The notes under the pieces: generated by a model
The model's database searches: none
Told to the model about the DNA's origin: nothing
Seen by the model: only the letters and a program-made list of their open reading frames with translations
NCBI GenBank assembly: GCA_000934665.2
Contig: KZ538677.1
Span: 1-54,624, forward strand
Origin: Catajapyx aquilonaris
Lineage: Eukaryota
Reading direction: 5' to 3'
DNA length: 54,624 bases
Shown here: positions 1-13,530 of the stretch, one piece after another
Numbering within the stretch: the first letter of the stretch is position 1
How the letters are laid out: each line of letters begins with the position of its first letter
Made by a program: the position numbers and the translations under genes

Positions 1-2124
1 CTGAGTTTTTTAGTCTTTTCTTACTACCCACCCCACCTACCCCCAAACTTCGAACATTCCCAGAATCTAGGAGAGAAACTGAACTTAAATTAGTATGTCT
101 TGCGGTTCTCCCGATCATCTCTTCTCGACCAAAAAGGAAAATAACTGGAGCGAAGGTCAGGCACTCGCATAAACCTGCACGGGATTGTCAATAATAGGGA
201 CAAAACTATATGCCATTGCCGCATGGATGGGAGGGCCAGTGCTTTCTCAAATCTCTCTTATCCAGCCCAGTAGTGGGGCACCATATAAAACTATAAAACA
301 TTTCCTTCAGCCAAATAAGGGTAGTAATCTATGCTACACAATGGATCCTGAACTGAAGCAAAATGCAGTGATTCCATGGTAAGTCGAATGTAATTTCTCA
401 CACTTTTGAAACACTAACATAATTATGTGAGTAATGATTACAATTATGTGAGATTTTTTGAAAAAGTAATATGCGTACATTTGTCAGAGACTTATTTCAT
501 ATGACATTTCCTATGTTTATATACGATGGCAATGATTCCGTGCACTGCATTATGCACCCATGTGAAATTCGCACATCAATTAATTATCGCTCACGGGTAA
601 AAAAAAAAAAAAAAGGTTTATGCATTTCTGAATAGGGGGTGATCCAAGGAATCTATTGACATACCAAAACTCATTATTGGTCCAGCCCCACATCGAGTAA
701 TGAGCTCGAAAATCGGCGAAATGCGGTGATTCATATTTTCGGGATTTTTCATTTCCAACCCTGTATGACCTATCACAATGAAGTTTTTGCATGCGCATTT
801 AGGAAATCGTGATTGGCCTATATCCTAATTATCACTTTGTTAAAATCATAATCTTATGAGTTACGGCTATCGCGGGAATATATAGAGTGGTTTACACACA
901 TATCATATTTGCGAATTTTTTCCAATGTCGTTTTTCGAGTTAGGTCGAATATTTTGTGACCATGTTATTTCTCTCTGCATTACCTTCCATTTGATATATA
1001 ACATGTTGATGTTGGGAGAACAGTCTGAACAGTTAAAAATACTTTATATGGACGTCATTGTTGAACTTTCCATTGTTATATCTCCGTGAGATTTGACTCC
1101 AGCGGCCTCAAATTTAGGATTACGCAATCAGGTGCTGTGAGTCCCTACCTACCTGATTTTTTTCAGTTACATCGAAAGGTATCGAGCGACAACTTCTCAG
1201 AAAATTTACAGAATTGAGTTGGAATGACTCAGTATATTTCACATTTATTTGCTACCAAATAATGTCAGAGTGTTGTTTCTTACTGCTTGACAAAAGAAAC
1301 TATGGACGTGTTAATGCATGAATGTATAACAGTTGTCTGTGGGAACTTTTGGAAAGCTCTCAATGTATTATTTTCAAGTTTCCTAGAAAAATGAACGTTC
1401 GAACAGCATAATTATTATGATATGTAGAATATTGTATGCCAAGTTGTTGTACACAGTAAGAACATCTCTCTGCATAAATCATCATTCTATAACCCTGCAC
1501 CCAACATACCGTTGACTCATTCCTAAGGTTACTATTAACTTAGTCATTTTAATAATATTGGTAATCCTTGCTGTAGATATTCTTCCTGCATGCAGTATAT
1601 CTATTTGATATCTACTGTGTGTATGTATTGTACGTATGTATGCTTTTGTATTTTTAGTGCCACTTCGTCACGTTCTATTGTTTATTGCCCACAAAAATTG
1701 TAATTGAATTCTTTGTATTTATTTTGTTGTAATTGGTCTCCCTTCATCGCTGACTACCCCTCATAGGGAAATGTCGTGATGTTGTTGTTGTTGTTGTTGT
1801 AATTGGTCATGCAATGTTGCCAGCCAATTCCCACATCTCTTAAAAGCGTATCCACCAGAGGGCCTTACCGGTTTTATTAACTGCCTTTATCCTTACAGGA
1901 AAAGGAGGAGGAGAAGAAGATGATGATGATGAAGAGGGAAGAGACATGATCTGGGGAGATGGTTATAAATAAACAGGAAGCTGTCGTAGGTGGAGAAGAA
2001 AAAAGAATCGAGTGATAATGTGAAGTAATGTGACAATATATTGCAAATTAATTAGAGAATGGATACGCTGCATGGCCTACTTTGGCTAGGTCAGTCCAGA
2101 AATATTCCTGAATAGAGATGAGTA

Positions 2125-2911
2125 CAGGAAGTCCCCGGTTTACGAACGACCTGACTTGCGGCGATTCGTACTTACGAATGGGCTCCCAATAAGGCTCCCC
2201 AGAAGGATAATTTATAATAATTATTCCTCCACTTTCGATCACTTCTGCGTACGTTGAGCGACACCTAGTTCAACATAAATACTGTACCGGTATAATAAAT
2301 AAATAATAATATTCGGAAGCTACGTACTTCCGAGCATGTAAACAAACACACATGATGTAAGCGGTTTGTTGGAGCAGCATCTTTACGCTGCATATACAGG
2401 GTGTATCTGAACTCAGTGCCCCGACGTATATGACTGCCTTCCTAGCCACCAGAGGATCGATTTCAGTATAGGTGTCATATGTCTGGGCAGCCTCATTACT
2501 GAGATACACTCTTTAGCGATTTTTGCCTAATCGCTCCTTCTGACTTTTAAATAGAATTTTCTGGTGTAACTAGCCAAAGAGGCCTTACCACCTGTGGGCA
2601 ACAAACCAACAAAGTCCCGCCCCCAGACCTTCCAGAGCCTTCTGACTGGGGGAGGGTTCGATGGGTGGCCTAACCGACAGGATATTTTGTACTACATGTT
2701 TGCGACCAATTATCTCAGTAATGCGGCGGCCAGACATAATGACTCCTATACTTAAATCGATCCTCTGGTGGCTAGGAAGGCAGTCATATACGTCGGGGCA
2801 CTGAGTTCAGATACACCCTGTATACGCTGTTCCTCAGGGATCTGGGTTACGTACAAATCTGACGTATGAAAATTTTCAGGAACACCCCATTCGTAGACCG
2901 GGGACTTCCGG
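2125..2911. mobile_element. Pogo/Tigger-like MITE (outer element)
   Basis: TIR CAGGAAGTCCCCGGTTTACGAA ... TTCGTAGACCGGGGACTTCCGG, flanked by TA on both sides. Confidence 0.7.
2397..2820. mobile_element. Tc1/mariner-type MITE nested in the 2125-2911 element
   Basis: About 110-bp near-perfect TIRs starting CAGGGTGTATCTGAACTCAGTGCCCCGACG; TA target duplication. Confidence 0.88.
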
Positions 2912-2937
2912 TACTCTACAGTATAATGATGGCCTAT

Positions 2938-3010
2938 CAGTGGTTCCCAAACTTTTTAAGTCGAGGAGCACTTTTCAGGAGAGAAATTCGTCATGGAGCA
3001 CTAACATTAT
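2938..3010 (+). mobile_element. hAT (Charlie-like) terminal fragment
   Basis: Begins CAGTGGTTCCCAAACTTTTT, the same terminus as the element at 32440; no matching right end found. Confidence 0.45.
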
Positions 3011-3769
3011 TGGAATGCCAAAGGCACATATTATGTGCATTTATGGCTGTTTTTATCTATCTGTATTTTTCAAGCTGTTTGTCGATATTTCATCCTAATA
3101 AAATATAAAGCAAAACCACGAATTAGATTTCGAATTCGAAGTAGCTTAAATTTGATCTAAACTTAATTTTTCTCTTTGAAAGTTATTTAAAATAGGAACC
3201 TTTAAATGTCATTCTCAAAACAATACAATACAATCAAGAAATGCAAAACAACTGAGAACGAATTCAAAGCAGGTACCGCAAATCCACAATATGTTACCCA
3301 CATAGATAATTATGGCGTTTAAAACCATTTTTACAGTTGCAAAACCGAAAATGTCACTTGGCATTGAAGAAGACTCAAACAGCATATCCTGGGAACTTAG
3401 CTTCTAATGAGAAGAATGATACTGTTTTGATTTGCACATTGTGGTTACTGGCTATATCTGGTTGAATTTGGGGCAGCTGCAACCGAATATCTGGATCTGT
3501 ATTGAGGTGGGACAATTATGATTGTGTCAAACCACTTCGGTACTCCGGTGTACGCCTACAGTGGTACTCCTTGGTACTCCTTGAATTTGGTACTCCAGTG
3601 TACACTTTACACTCGAGTGGTTAACCCCTTTAGATTGTGTTTTATTTCAGTAGTCACGTAGGCAGATAACCCCCATTCACATAGATACCATGGCGAATCA
3701 AAAAGTAATTCACAACTTTTGAAATATTACAGCTTCACTGCAGAAACTGAATCTGACATACAGTATACA

Positions 3770-4580
3770 TATGAAAGGGCAAGTCTTTCTCTATTTTTAC
3801 TTTTTTAGACGTAGTCATCATACACATTGATGCATTTGTCCCACCAGGACACTAGTTTTTTCATGCCACTGCAGAAGAGTTGGGCTGCTGGCTGTGAGGC
3901 CAGTGGCACGGCCAGTGGCGAATCGCATGTTTCACTCCCTTGTTGTCGCTGAAGTATGTTCATCGCTCAGGTGCTTCTTAATTGGTACGAAATAATGGTA
4001 AGCAAGAAAGTTTGGTTTGGAAGTATACAGAACGCAGATTCCCACTTGAAAAAAAAATCATGTCTGCAGCATCCGCAACGAAAGATATGGCCACAGTTTT
4101 TTTTGGTAGTGCCAAAGGGTCCTCTCAGTAGATTTCATTTCAGAGGAAAAACACATCGATGCAGCTAGGCTAGTTGGCCTCCGCGGAGCAATATGCCGCA
4201 TAAACCATCAGAAATGAGCAAACTGATGTTGCTCCCCTCCATGACAATGCTCGTCTTCACGCATGTAGTGCATGCTGTGATAGAGAGAAGATTCAGTGCT
4301 GGGGATGGCATATCCTGCACCACCCACCTTACAGCCCTGATTTCGCCCCAAGTGATAATTACCATCTCTTCGTACCAATGAAGAAGCACCTGGCCTGTCA
4401 ACACTTCAGCAACATCGAGGAAGTGAAAGAGGCCACCAGGCACTGACTTTTCAGCCAGCCTGCCTCTAATTTTCTGCAGTGCCATTAAAATATTAGTGTC
4501 CCATTGGGATAAGTGCACCAAACAACCAAAGTGTACAGTGACTATTACGAAAAATAGAGTAAGACTTGCCCTGTCACATA
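3770..4580. mobile_element. Degraded mariner relic made of two inverted 3' ends
   Basis: The + strand at about 4225-4435 translates LHDNARLHA...WHILHHPPYSPDFAPSDNYHLFVPMKKHL...EEVKEA (mariner catalytic end). 3770-4000 is an inverted, diverged copy of the same 3' end. Termini GGGCAAGTCTT-TCTCTATTTT / AAAATAGAG-TAAGACTTGCCC. Confidence 0.85.
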
Positions 4581-5452
4581 ATATGCATGTCAGTATGAGT
4601 TTCTGTAGTGAAGATTCGTAATTTAAAATGTTGTCATATACTTTTTTTTTCTCCCTCATTTATGTAGCCTACATTTAGTTTTCTTGATTTCATCTCATTT
4701 TATTCTCATTTAATCATAAAAGGTTGAAACCTGGTTTCATCTAAATTCCTCTTATTACCGGTATATCTGAAAATTTGGTCGTGAGGAGCTACAGTGTGTA
4801 TCATTCAGAATCATACTCTTATGGCCATTGTTGGTGTGCTTAGCACTAATCTTCACATGCCACAATGTATGCCCACCAACACGTTCAGGTTGATTTTGTC
4901 AACATCAACTAATACAAGTAGAGTTGGCAAATGGCAGAGACGTATGTTTATTATTTTGTAATGGCAACTTTTTTTCTTTTTTTTGTCATGGCTCTCGATG
5001 TTTTGGCGTCTCTTCTTCCGTCCCTTATGGTATAGCCTCTAAATGGGGTGGAGGGCGATACAATATTGGTGTATAAACATGAAATGAGCTCGTCCTGGAA
5101 ATATACAGTGGATGGAAGACCTCAAGGAAGCGTAAACTGTGAGTTGAAGTAGAGCAGCTTTTATTTGGACTCGGGATAGTTCTTGTAAACTATAATGGAC
5201 GAAACCTCCGTGTCATTGCGACCTGTGTGCGACTGGAGGCTTCAAGCAGAGCGTATGTTAATATTTTTATGTCGGTAAAACGGGCGCCCCTGCAAGTTAC
5301 ACGCACTTTGCGCATATCCCAGATCTTGCGAAGTCTGGGGTAGGCGCAAAGTGACTGCAACTTCACAGGGGCGCCCATTTTACCGCTCCTAGTAAACCAG
5401 TATCACAAGTTGTGGGGGCGTTGTCAGCAAGGTTTGAAAGCACACTGGATGT

Positions 5453-6758
5453 CTAATTAGCGTCGGGGCAATTTGCATAAATATCGCAGCAGTCATTGCG
5501 ACCGGAAGTGACAGCTTCCAGGATGGACTCTGCCCAGTCGTCATCGTCTTCTGGGATCGGGAGAGCCAGATTTCTGCCAAATGGGTGATAATAATTAGTC
5601 AGCTGCTAAGAGCTACATGCAAAATAATCTTGCTGGAATGACCTTACGTTAGAATATCGGCGATAATTGCGGCACTGTTGCCAAAAGTGTCCCTAACCCT
5701 ACGAACAGTCTCGCATGCAGTCTTCTGGAAGCAGATTAAAGGTGGCCTATCTTTCTTCTTGGTGTAGGTTGCCGAAGAGCCTAAAAAGTTGAGCAGATCC
5801 TTCACAGTCTCGGCCATCCCACCATTGTCCTTTTCTCGCGGTTCCTCCTGTTTCGGCTGTTGATCTTCGGCATCTCCCTTCTGGTGTCCATCCTCAGCTC
5901 TCTGCATCATCTCCCTGAATTCCTCCAACCATGAAGGCCCATCCTGGGTGATGTTAGCCGTGGTGTTGTCCACCACCATTGTCACATCTTCCACATTGAC
6001 ATCACCACCAGAACCTAACCTAACCGATAACGTCAAATTCCTTATGTTTTGACCCCGTTGTCTCCCCCCATTTGACAGTCTCACCTTGAAGCGTCACTTG
6101 AATCGGCTTCTCTCGTCTCCCTTCTCCAACTACCTCCCAGTCGAAAGGCAGCTCGCGTCGTGACCTGTCCTGTGACCGCATAAAACCGATATTAGCGGAT
6201 GTCACCCCGGTGCCACCAGTGCCGCCAGTGCTTGTGCCTGTCGGTGTGCCCGTGCCTGTTACCGTCGCAGTTGGGGTTCCGGTAGTAGTGGGCATCATCA
6301 TCATCATCTTCTTGTTGGACAGTGCGTTCTGCAAGGTACCAGCGGTAAGTGGGCCTTTTATGCCGAATGACCTCAAGCGGAACGATCATAATTAGTCGAA
6401 TGGTTTCTGCTCACCTGGATGAGTTTGAGGAAGTACATGAAACTTAGGAGGGCCAAGGCGTTGACTGCTGTGCTGCTGGCCACATCACCATGTCCACTAC
6501 TGCTACCGTACCTGAGTCAATACAGATGTCAATATAGTTCGTGTCATTGGATGTCACAAATGTTAGGCTTACCCGCCACCGGAGGCTGCAGCGGAGGCTA
6601 GGTCATCTAAAGGACCTATTCTTCTGGGAGGGACTTGAGGTTGCGTGTATGGTCGGGATGGGTACGATGGGTAGACGTAATTATGAGGCGCTGCGTTATA
6701 GGCTGGTGCATGATGCGGTTGAAAACCGGAGTAGCTCTGCATGTCTCCAGGCACGTAT
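5453..6758 (-). CDS. Cluster gene A (5'-incomplete): membrane/secreted protein with a Tyr/Pro-rich region, hydrophobic helix, Thr/Gly-rich linker and C-terminal DM4/DM12-like Cys module
   Basis: Phase-consistent GT-AG exons 6758-6573, 6511-6415, 6328-6085, 6014-5648, 5573-5453 (stop TAG), at least 337 aa. Spliced sequence includes ...AVNALALLSFMYFLKLIQ|NALSNKKMMMMMPTTTGTP...DRSRRELP...LICFQKTACE...EAVTSGRNDCCDIYANCPDAN*. The start exon was not resolved; an alternative acceptor exists at 6792. Confidence 0.85.
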
Positions 6759-8738
6759 CTGGAGTGGCATGAGTGGGTACACGTGTCACAAACTTTTGTA
6801 AAGAATGACAAGTGTGAGGAGTGTGCGGTTGTATCATGGCAAATTATAAAGAAAAATTGTTGGTTTGCATTGGGAATGTTGTACATTATTGTAGATTTTC
6901 GTCAAATATGCATTAATACAACTGGGCATAGGATATAGGCACTAATAGGTTACTGGTTGATCATGCATTTCAAGTTATTCCTCTGGCAGTTAAGTCACAA
7001 ACGGTCCACTATTACAACTCTGAAAGAACCACTCATATGAAGCAGTGGAAAGTCCAGATGTTAAAACATTCTAACATAATATTACTCTTTAGTTGAAGAC
7101 TTAATGCTTTAAATAACTCGAGTTAATATTGGTACTCCTGCATCTCGCATTATGTGTGAGAGCCAATGAGAAGCAGCAATTGCTAGCAGCCATAAGGATT
7201 GGATTCGATAGGCCAAAGTCAGGGCTATTATTCAACAAGGTATTTCACTGTTTAATTATAGCTCTTGCTATATATCGAACTTTGAATAAAAATATTATTA
7301 CAGTATCATCATGATATGTATAGATTGTTCAGAATGCGAGAATGTAGGCCTATAATGAGAATAATGTTTGACATCACAGTGCAATTCTGACATACACAAT
7401 AATTATTGATTATCCTGCTCATTATAATATGCGATCATTTGCAGCCCCCTTTTTATAATAATTTGATTTAATTTGCCCGTTTGACCCGAATGATATTTTG
7501 AAGTACAATATAAGCCTTGCCATGCAAATATAACAGCATCTCTACATGTATGGACAGTACTGAATGTCGAATGCAATCCTTGTTGTCATTGTAATATGGG
7601 ACATTTAACACTGCTTGTCTGTACTACTCGTAATATACTCAAAAGATATTATGACCACACAATCATTTCTGCATTGTGTGTATACAAAACAGTGAGGCTC
7701 ATAGGCATATGGGAGTATTCAACGTCTTCTGATCCTGAATAATAAATTGTCGGACGAAAAATTCATACGGCAAATAGCAAGTCCACAAAACTTCTCAATG
7801 TCTGATCCTGTTCGGCAATAAAGATTAGGCTTATTTGATCCCTCACATTCTGTAATGGTCAAAATGGGACCGTACTGACAGGTAGCAAAACACTTTCACC
7901 AGATTTCATCATCTGACAACCACTCACCACGCACACGATTTTTAAAAAACTGCATAAAACTTGAATAAAACTTACCAGAAGGATGAGATGGTGGCAGTGA
8001 TGGCTATGAATCCCAAATGCCCAAACGTCCGCTTTTGTAGAGCTGCTTCCGCGACTTTTAGCAAGGTGGCGGAAAGCAGAGAGACATTTTCCTCGACTGC
8101 CATTGGTGGTGACTGGGGCGCGGGTCAAGAAGAATGGTCACGCTTGTCGGCGCTTGACTATCTTTTGCCTGCACAACCCGCAACTCTATCAGGCTCAAAT
8201 TATTCTTGCTTTGCTGTTCTTGCACCTCAAGTCCTCATTACGATTTTTTTTAAACACTTTCATAAAAGTGGTACAAACGGTATGTGCAATGTATGCATAT
8301 TGTGATTAATTTATGATGTAAACATCAGCTTGTGCTTACTCAACTTCAGTTGGATTTTAGGGATGTTGTACAAATAAATGCAAATGTGGAGCATAATTCG
8401 GCTCGTATATCTAGCATTGTGCATCAGAACCATGCAGATGAAAACTTAATAGGTGCAAAGTGGAAGAGCGAGATTCCAAGGGCGTGGGGTTCATCTGTAG
8501 GTTAATGACCTCCCAGATTCACCCTAGCATTTCCTCATTCCGTGCAGTTGAGAAATTAATGGCGGGGTGAGGCTCACCTTGTCATAATTATGTCTTAAAT
8601 GGCTCCTTTTTTTGTAGTAAAAAGTGTAACTGGATGCCGAGAAACGCAACCAGCATGTTAATGTCAACATAACTTTTTATTCAAGCATTTGTTATTTTCC
8701 AGTAAAGGAACAATTCAGTACAATTGGTATATGGGAAT

Positions 8739-8975
8739 CAGGATCGGACTGGGGGGGTAGGGGCGCTTGTGCCATCCTATCCCCACTCTGGGGGGCTCTC
8801 GCGCTCTCCGCCCCCCACCCACCTCCCCCCCAAAATATTTATTGTTGTATATCTGCCATTTTTTGGACACAAGGTTCCACCCAAGCTCCGTGAAAAAAAA
8901 TTTACATGAGAAATTTAGGGTAGGAAGCCTAGAAGGGGGAAGGGGCACTTGGGCCTTATGGGCAGTCCGACCCTG
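8739..8975. mobile_element. hAT MITE
   Basis: TIR CAGGATCGGACTG / CAGTCCGACCCTG with an exact 8-bp TSD ATGGGAAT on both sides. Confidence 0.9.
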
Positions 8976-9907
8976 ATGGGAATGTACCCAATCAATTGTA
9001 AAGCACACTATGAGAAAAAGACCCTTTCGATAAATACAATTGGAATGTCAGGACATGTCTACTTATTGTTGTCCTCTTGTCCATCAGTCAGTCTGTGTCG
9101 CACTAACACTTGGGCTGTTCTGTCACTTGGCAAGTTACACACGTACAATGTGGGAGTAGGTACTTTCGGTCGCACATGTCAAAATAAATACCGAAAAGCA
9201 AAATTTTGTACTCCATAGACAACCACGTCTCTGACTCCGTCTGGGTTGATTTGTGCGTTTTAATTTGGAACGTGTGGTCGTGGGGGTCCGAGTGTCGTCC
9301 TCGTGACGTCATGTCGTTTTTTTTCGGGGTAATTTTTGTCAGTCCACAATGACGTCAGGGGAGAGGGTGACAGTAACCTAACCTAAATTAACGGTAAAAG
9401 CTGGAGCCCAGCAGTTAACCGCTTACCTGAGTTGACCAAAGTTTTAGGGGGAGCACTCTAGTTGACAACCTTTTTATTACCACTCGATTTGGTTTCTAGC
9501 TGGCCTGTGAAATATAAACTTTCCCCCTCTAAGCTAACAAGATCGTTTAAATAAAAGTGTTCAAATTCAACGCGAAACAAAAAAAAAAATTAAATAAAAA
9601 AACGAGCAGTCTAAATGCACTAAAACTGGGGTTCAGAAGTGATCCGCGACTCTACCAAAACTATCGCTCGATATTGCTTCTAATGGAACTAAAGTTGTAA
9701 ATCTTTAGCTGCTTGATGAACAGAAGCTGCCACCTGTCGTTGACCTACATAAGCGCAATAAGTTAATAAATAATAAATAACCTGAAAGGGCCTTGGGCCC
9801 ACCTCGACAAACGCTTGTAACGTCAGAGGTGCAACCTGCTGCAATTTCAGAACGGGGACGCTAACAGGGAAATTTTATAGGCACACAACAAAGGACCAGG
9901 ATGCTGC

Positions 9908-12306
9908 TTAGATCTCATTGCAACTTTTGTAAATTTCGGTGCAGTTTTCTCCAGCACGTCCTCGGCGTCCGGCATCGTTGTAGATCTCAACAGGTGTGGA
10001 TGTAGAGCGCTCCAGGAGATAAGCAGCTCCGTATCTGTATAGCAAAACACAAATTAGCCATTGCACCAAATGTAGATGGTACGTTGGTACGTACGTGGCA
10101 AACTGACAGAAGACATATCCGTTTTGGGTTGTCTCTTGCGCACATTCCTGATTGGCCTGACATACATGACGCTGGTAGCAGATGTCATCCTGGGATCCGT
10201 ACGTCCTGGCGTAACCCTGTCAGTGAAATGTGGTTAGCTTATGGATATGACTCATAATGAGTTCAGGCAATGTACCTTAAGCATCGCGATTGTTGCCAAT
10301 GCTGCGTCGGCCATACTGTCCTTTTCACCCAAGGAACGAGCATGGAGAGCTCGCTGGCTGAAGGAAGTCTTGAGGGCATCCAAGAGAGCAACAACCAAGT
10401 TGATCAGCTAGAGACGAAATAGTATCATGGACCAAGTTGCATAGAATCAAAGTATGAGCACTACTACTAAATCGGTGCGGAAGATATAGAAAGTGAAGCC
10501 ATCTAGACTAAATTATCTGATTGAATCAGTGTGCCTACAAGCGCATGCATGATCATACAAAATCTAGGCGCAAGCTACACTAGTATGGTTACAGATGGGT
10601 AGATGGGTCGAGGGATTGAAAAAAGTCACTTGCGACAATTTGAATTGAGCACAAATTATTGGGGGGTGCTTATACTGATCGTGTGTTCAATGTTAGGGAA
10701 TCTCACCTCTCCGGCCTGTTTGGCCATGGTGGCCACCTGGTTGGGGTCATCTCCGCCCATCATGGCCGAGAAGACAGCGGTCAGGATCCCCTGGCAATAA
10801 AATCACTTGAAGCACTCTTCCAGGAGAATGAATGAGGTTGTGGGTAAACTTCTTGGAAGGATGGATCCGCGATCTAAATTGCATAGTTGCATCGGCAAAC
10901 TACTCAAGCGTGGGAAAACTGGTAACCAGGACTGGAGGAAATTGGGGGTGCTATGAGCAAAGATTGTTACTGGTAGAACGTATTGTGATGATGTCACAGG
11001 ACACGCTCTGCTTGACACGCAACATATGCGCCTATTCAGAAGGGGTCAATAATCCAACACGCTTTATGCTTGGGACGGTTGTGCGTTGCTCCAAAGTCAA
11101 AGAATCCCGCCGACAAGTCCTGCTGACCCGCTGGCCTCCTTCGGGGCTAACCTACTTCAGCTGGACTCTTAAAGCATGCGAATGACTGCATCTGACTTTC
11201 ATTTGTCTATCACCTCTTGCTCTCATGCTTCTTCACCCAGATACTTAAATTATGACCGTCTGGGTGATTTTTTTTTTTTTGACTGGGAAGGAAGAATGGT
11301 GTAGTTGGATGTGTACCTGCATGGCGGAGGAAGAGTCGACTTTGTCGATGTTGGCATCATTGGCGCCGATACCACCAGCACCGTTGCCTCCACTGAGAGC
11401 CGCCAGTAGCACTCGGAGGCCTATGCTAAGCAGGTTGCCCCAGGAGAAGGCCCCTCCCGACTGGAGAAAAGGACAACTACAGACAAAGGGTCCAGGTCAC
11501 AGGTCAAGGGATATTATAGAGGATAGGAATGGATGATCAAACTGTGACAACCAGCATCAGCACCTCTTTGCCCATTTTCTAATAAGCATTTTTTTTTTTT
11601 TTTACTGTGCGTTATTCAAATGGTTCATTCCAAGGCTTTCTTGGTCTGAATAGTACTACCACTACAAAGCTGATCAAGTATTCAACTCGGATCCAGAAAA
11701 AGGACAGATTTAGAAGTCATTAATCGGTCAACAAACTAATATAACTATTGTTGATTATGCATACCTGGAGGGGTCCGACGCCTCCGTCGGCCTTGTCTGA
11801 GGCTACTCCTACAGGTGAAAAGAACACCTGCAGCATAGATTGCAGGAGAGATCCCCACGAGAATCCCCCTCCTCCTCCCACTCCTCCACCCACCGGTTCC
11901 TGCAACGGGAACGGATCATGAGTCTAGAAATATCACTCTGGACTTCGAAAGTCACCCAGCCAACGGAGACTTGTCCTCATTTTTTTTCTTTTCTGTGTGT
12001 TGCTTCTTCCGAGCCTAATCCCGGTTGTAGTTTGAAAGGCTGGTACAGTAATGCCCTCAAGGTACCCCCGGGTAATTATTAATATATTTTTTTTAATGCC
12101 CAGTTATAATTAAGAGGTGCTGCTGGTTTATGTTGCACGAAACTTACATCAATAGAGTTGCTTTGCTTGTGATAAATTTTCTTCGGATTGTTAGGTTTCA
12201 CGTTGAATTTTCGTCCCTCTTCACTCGATGGTGCTGATAATGCTGGCAATACTGTAGAGCTGCATATAAGTCCCAAAAACAGGTAGGCCAGGTTTTTTCG
12301 GTTCAT
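9908..12306 (-). CDS. Cluster gene B: secreted 300-aa protein with repeated FSWG-x-LL...DK-x-D amphipathic motifs and a C-terminal DM4/DM12-like Cys module
   Basis: Seven phase-consistent exons: 12306-12148, 11899-11765, 11460-11317, 10790-10707, 10407-10276, 10216-10095, 10034-9908 (903 nt, TAA). Signal peptide MNRKNLAYLFLGLICSSTVLPALSA. Motifs GFSWGSLLQSMLQVFF, AFSWGNLLSIGLRVLLAAL, DPNQVATMAKQAGELINLVVALLDALKTSFSQR, ICYQRHVCQANQEC, AGRRGRAGENCTEIYKSCNEI*. Resembles, from memory, a conserved uncharacterised insect protein family. Confidence 0.93.
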
Positions 12307-13407
12307 CTGCCAAAAAAAGATATTAGTTAACAACCTGTCGGTTACGGTATAACCGCCATATCGCGAGTCAGTTAAAGTGAAAAATGGGAGCGCATTGATG
12401 TACAAACAGTTACATTCCTATCCGTTAGGTATGCAGCGAATAATAACCTCAGGTATTTGTATCCGAATTGGCTCGTCAGCGAATGACCTTGATCGCGTGA
12501 CATATGAAGCACATAGAAATAACGCGGAAGACTTTGAACAAACGAATTCGAACGGGACTGGTTTTGTGAACGGTGCTTTTTTTTTTTCGTTATTGACAAG
12601 CAAACACGCCCGTCACTTAGTCCTGGACAATTTCTACAACGTGATGAAACGGATAAGTGCACTTTGAGGTTGTGCGCATCCTTCATTGTCCGTTATGAGA
12701 GTATTACAAGACTTTCGCTTCTTTTGTACCAGGTTGATTTGGGTAGAGTTGACGTAATTAGTCCATATTTGTGTCGAGACGCTCCCGTTCGGAGGCTCTT
12801 GAGAGCTTCCTGAAACCAGTTCCGGTTCATCGGCCACCTTGAAACCACGAAGCTTTCTCAGCCTCAGGGAGCGGATCCCCATTTGACGCCCACCTGCGGA
12901 AATACCTGATTGGGATGCACACTGCAGTGCCCCCAACGCGACACCTTATTGCGACCAATATTTTTTTTTGAAAGCTGATGGCCATTCTTCGTGCCATTTT
13001 TGTATGTCGGATGGCGTGAAATTGGCCACCTTTACAAGATGGAACTTTTTTTTTTTCTGAGAGGCTGTAGGAGGACTCGTGGCACAAACAAGTGGTTGTC
13101 ACGCGTCATGCTTTTATTGTCTAGGCGCTCGTCCGTGTCCCTTTCTTGGAAGAATCTCTTCTGCTTAACGGAACATCCACAGTCATTGAATACAAAACAG
13201 GCCTATTCTTTAGGTCACACCCAGTGCTACGATTTGTGAGGGAGAGACATTCCTTGAATGCCAATACTGATGCGGAATTAATTGTCCGTGAAAGATGTTA
13301 TTGTTTGATAGAGTTACCAACTTTTATTAGGCGATTGTTTAGGCTGATAGTGTGGGATATGGAGGTTATATTTCTTGATGCAAAAATGCAAAATAAATGG
13401 GAATTAC

Positions 13408-13530
13408 CTGATTGCACCAACGAAATTGCCGATGAGATAGCTCCAAACATACTGTTAGGACACGTTAAAAGGGCTCCTAACGATCCATTAGGAGCTATCG
13501 GATCGGTAATTTCGGTTGGTAGCAATAGTC
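13408..13530. repeat. Short imperfect palindrome, probable MITE
   Basis: CTGATTGCACCAACGAAATTGCCGATGAGATAGCTCC pairs with GGAGCTATCGGATCGGTAATTTCGGTTGGTAGCAATAGTCAG. Confidence 0.6.
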
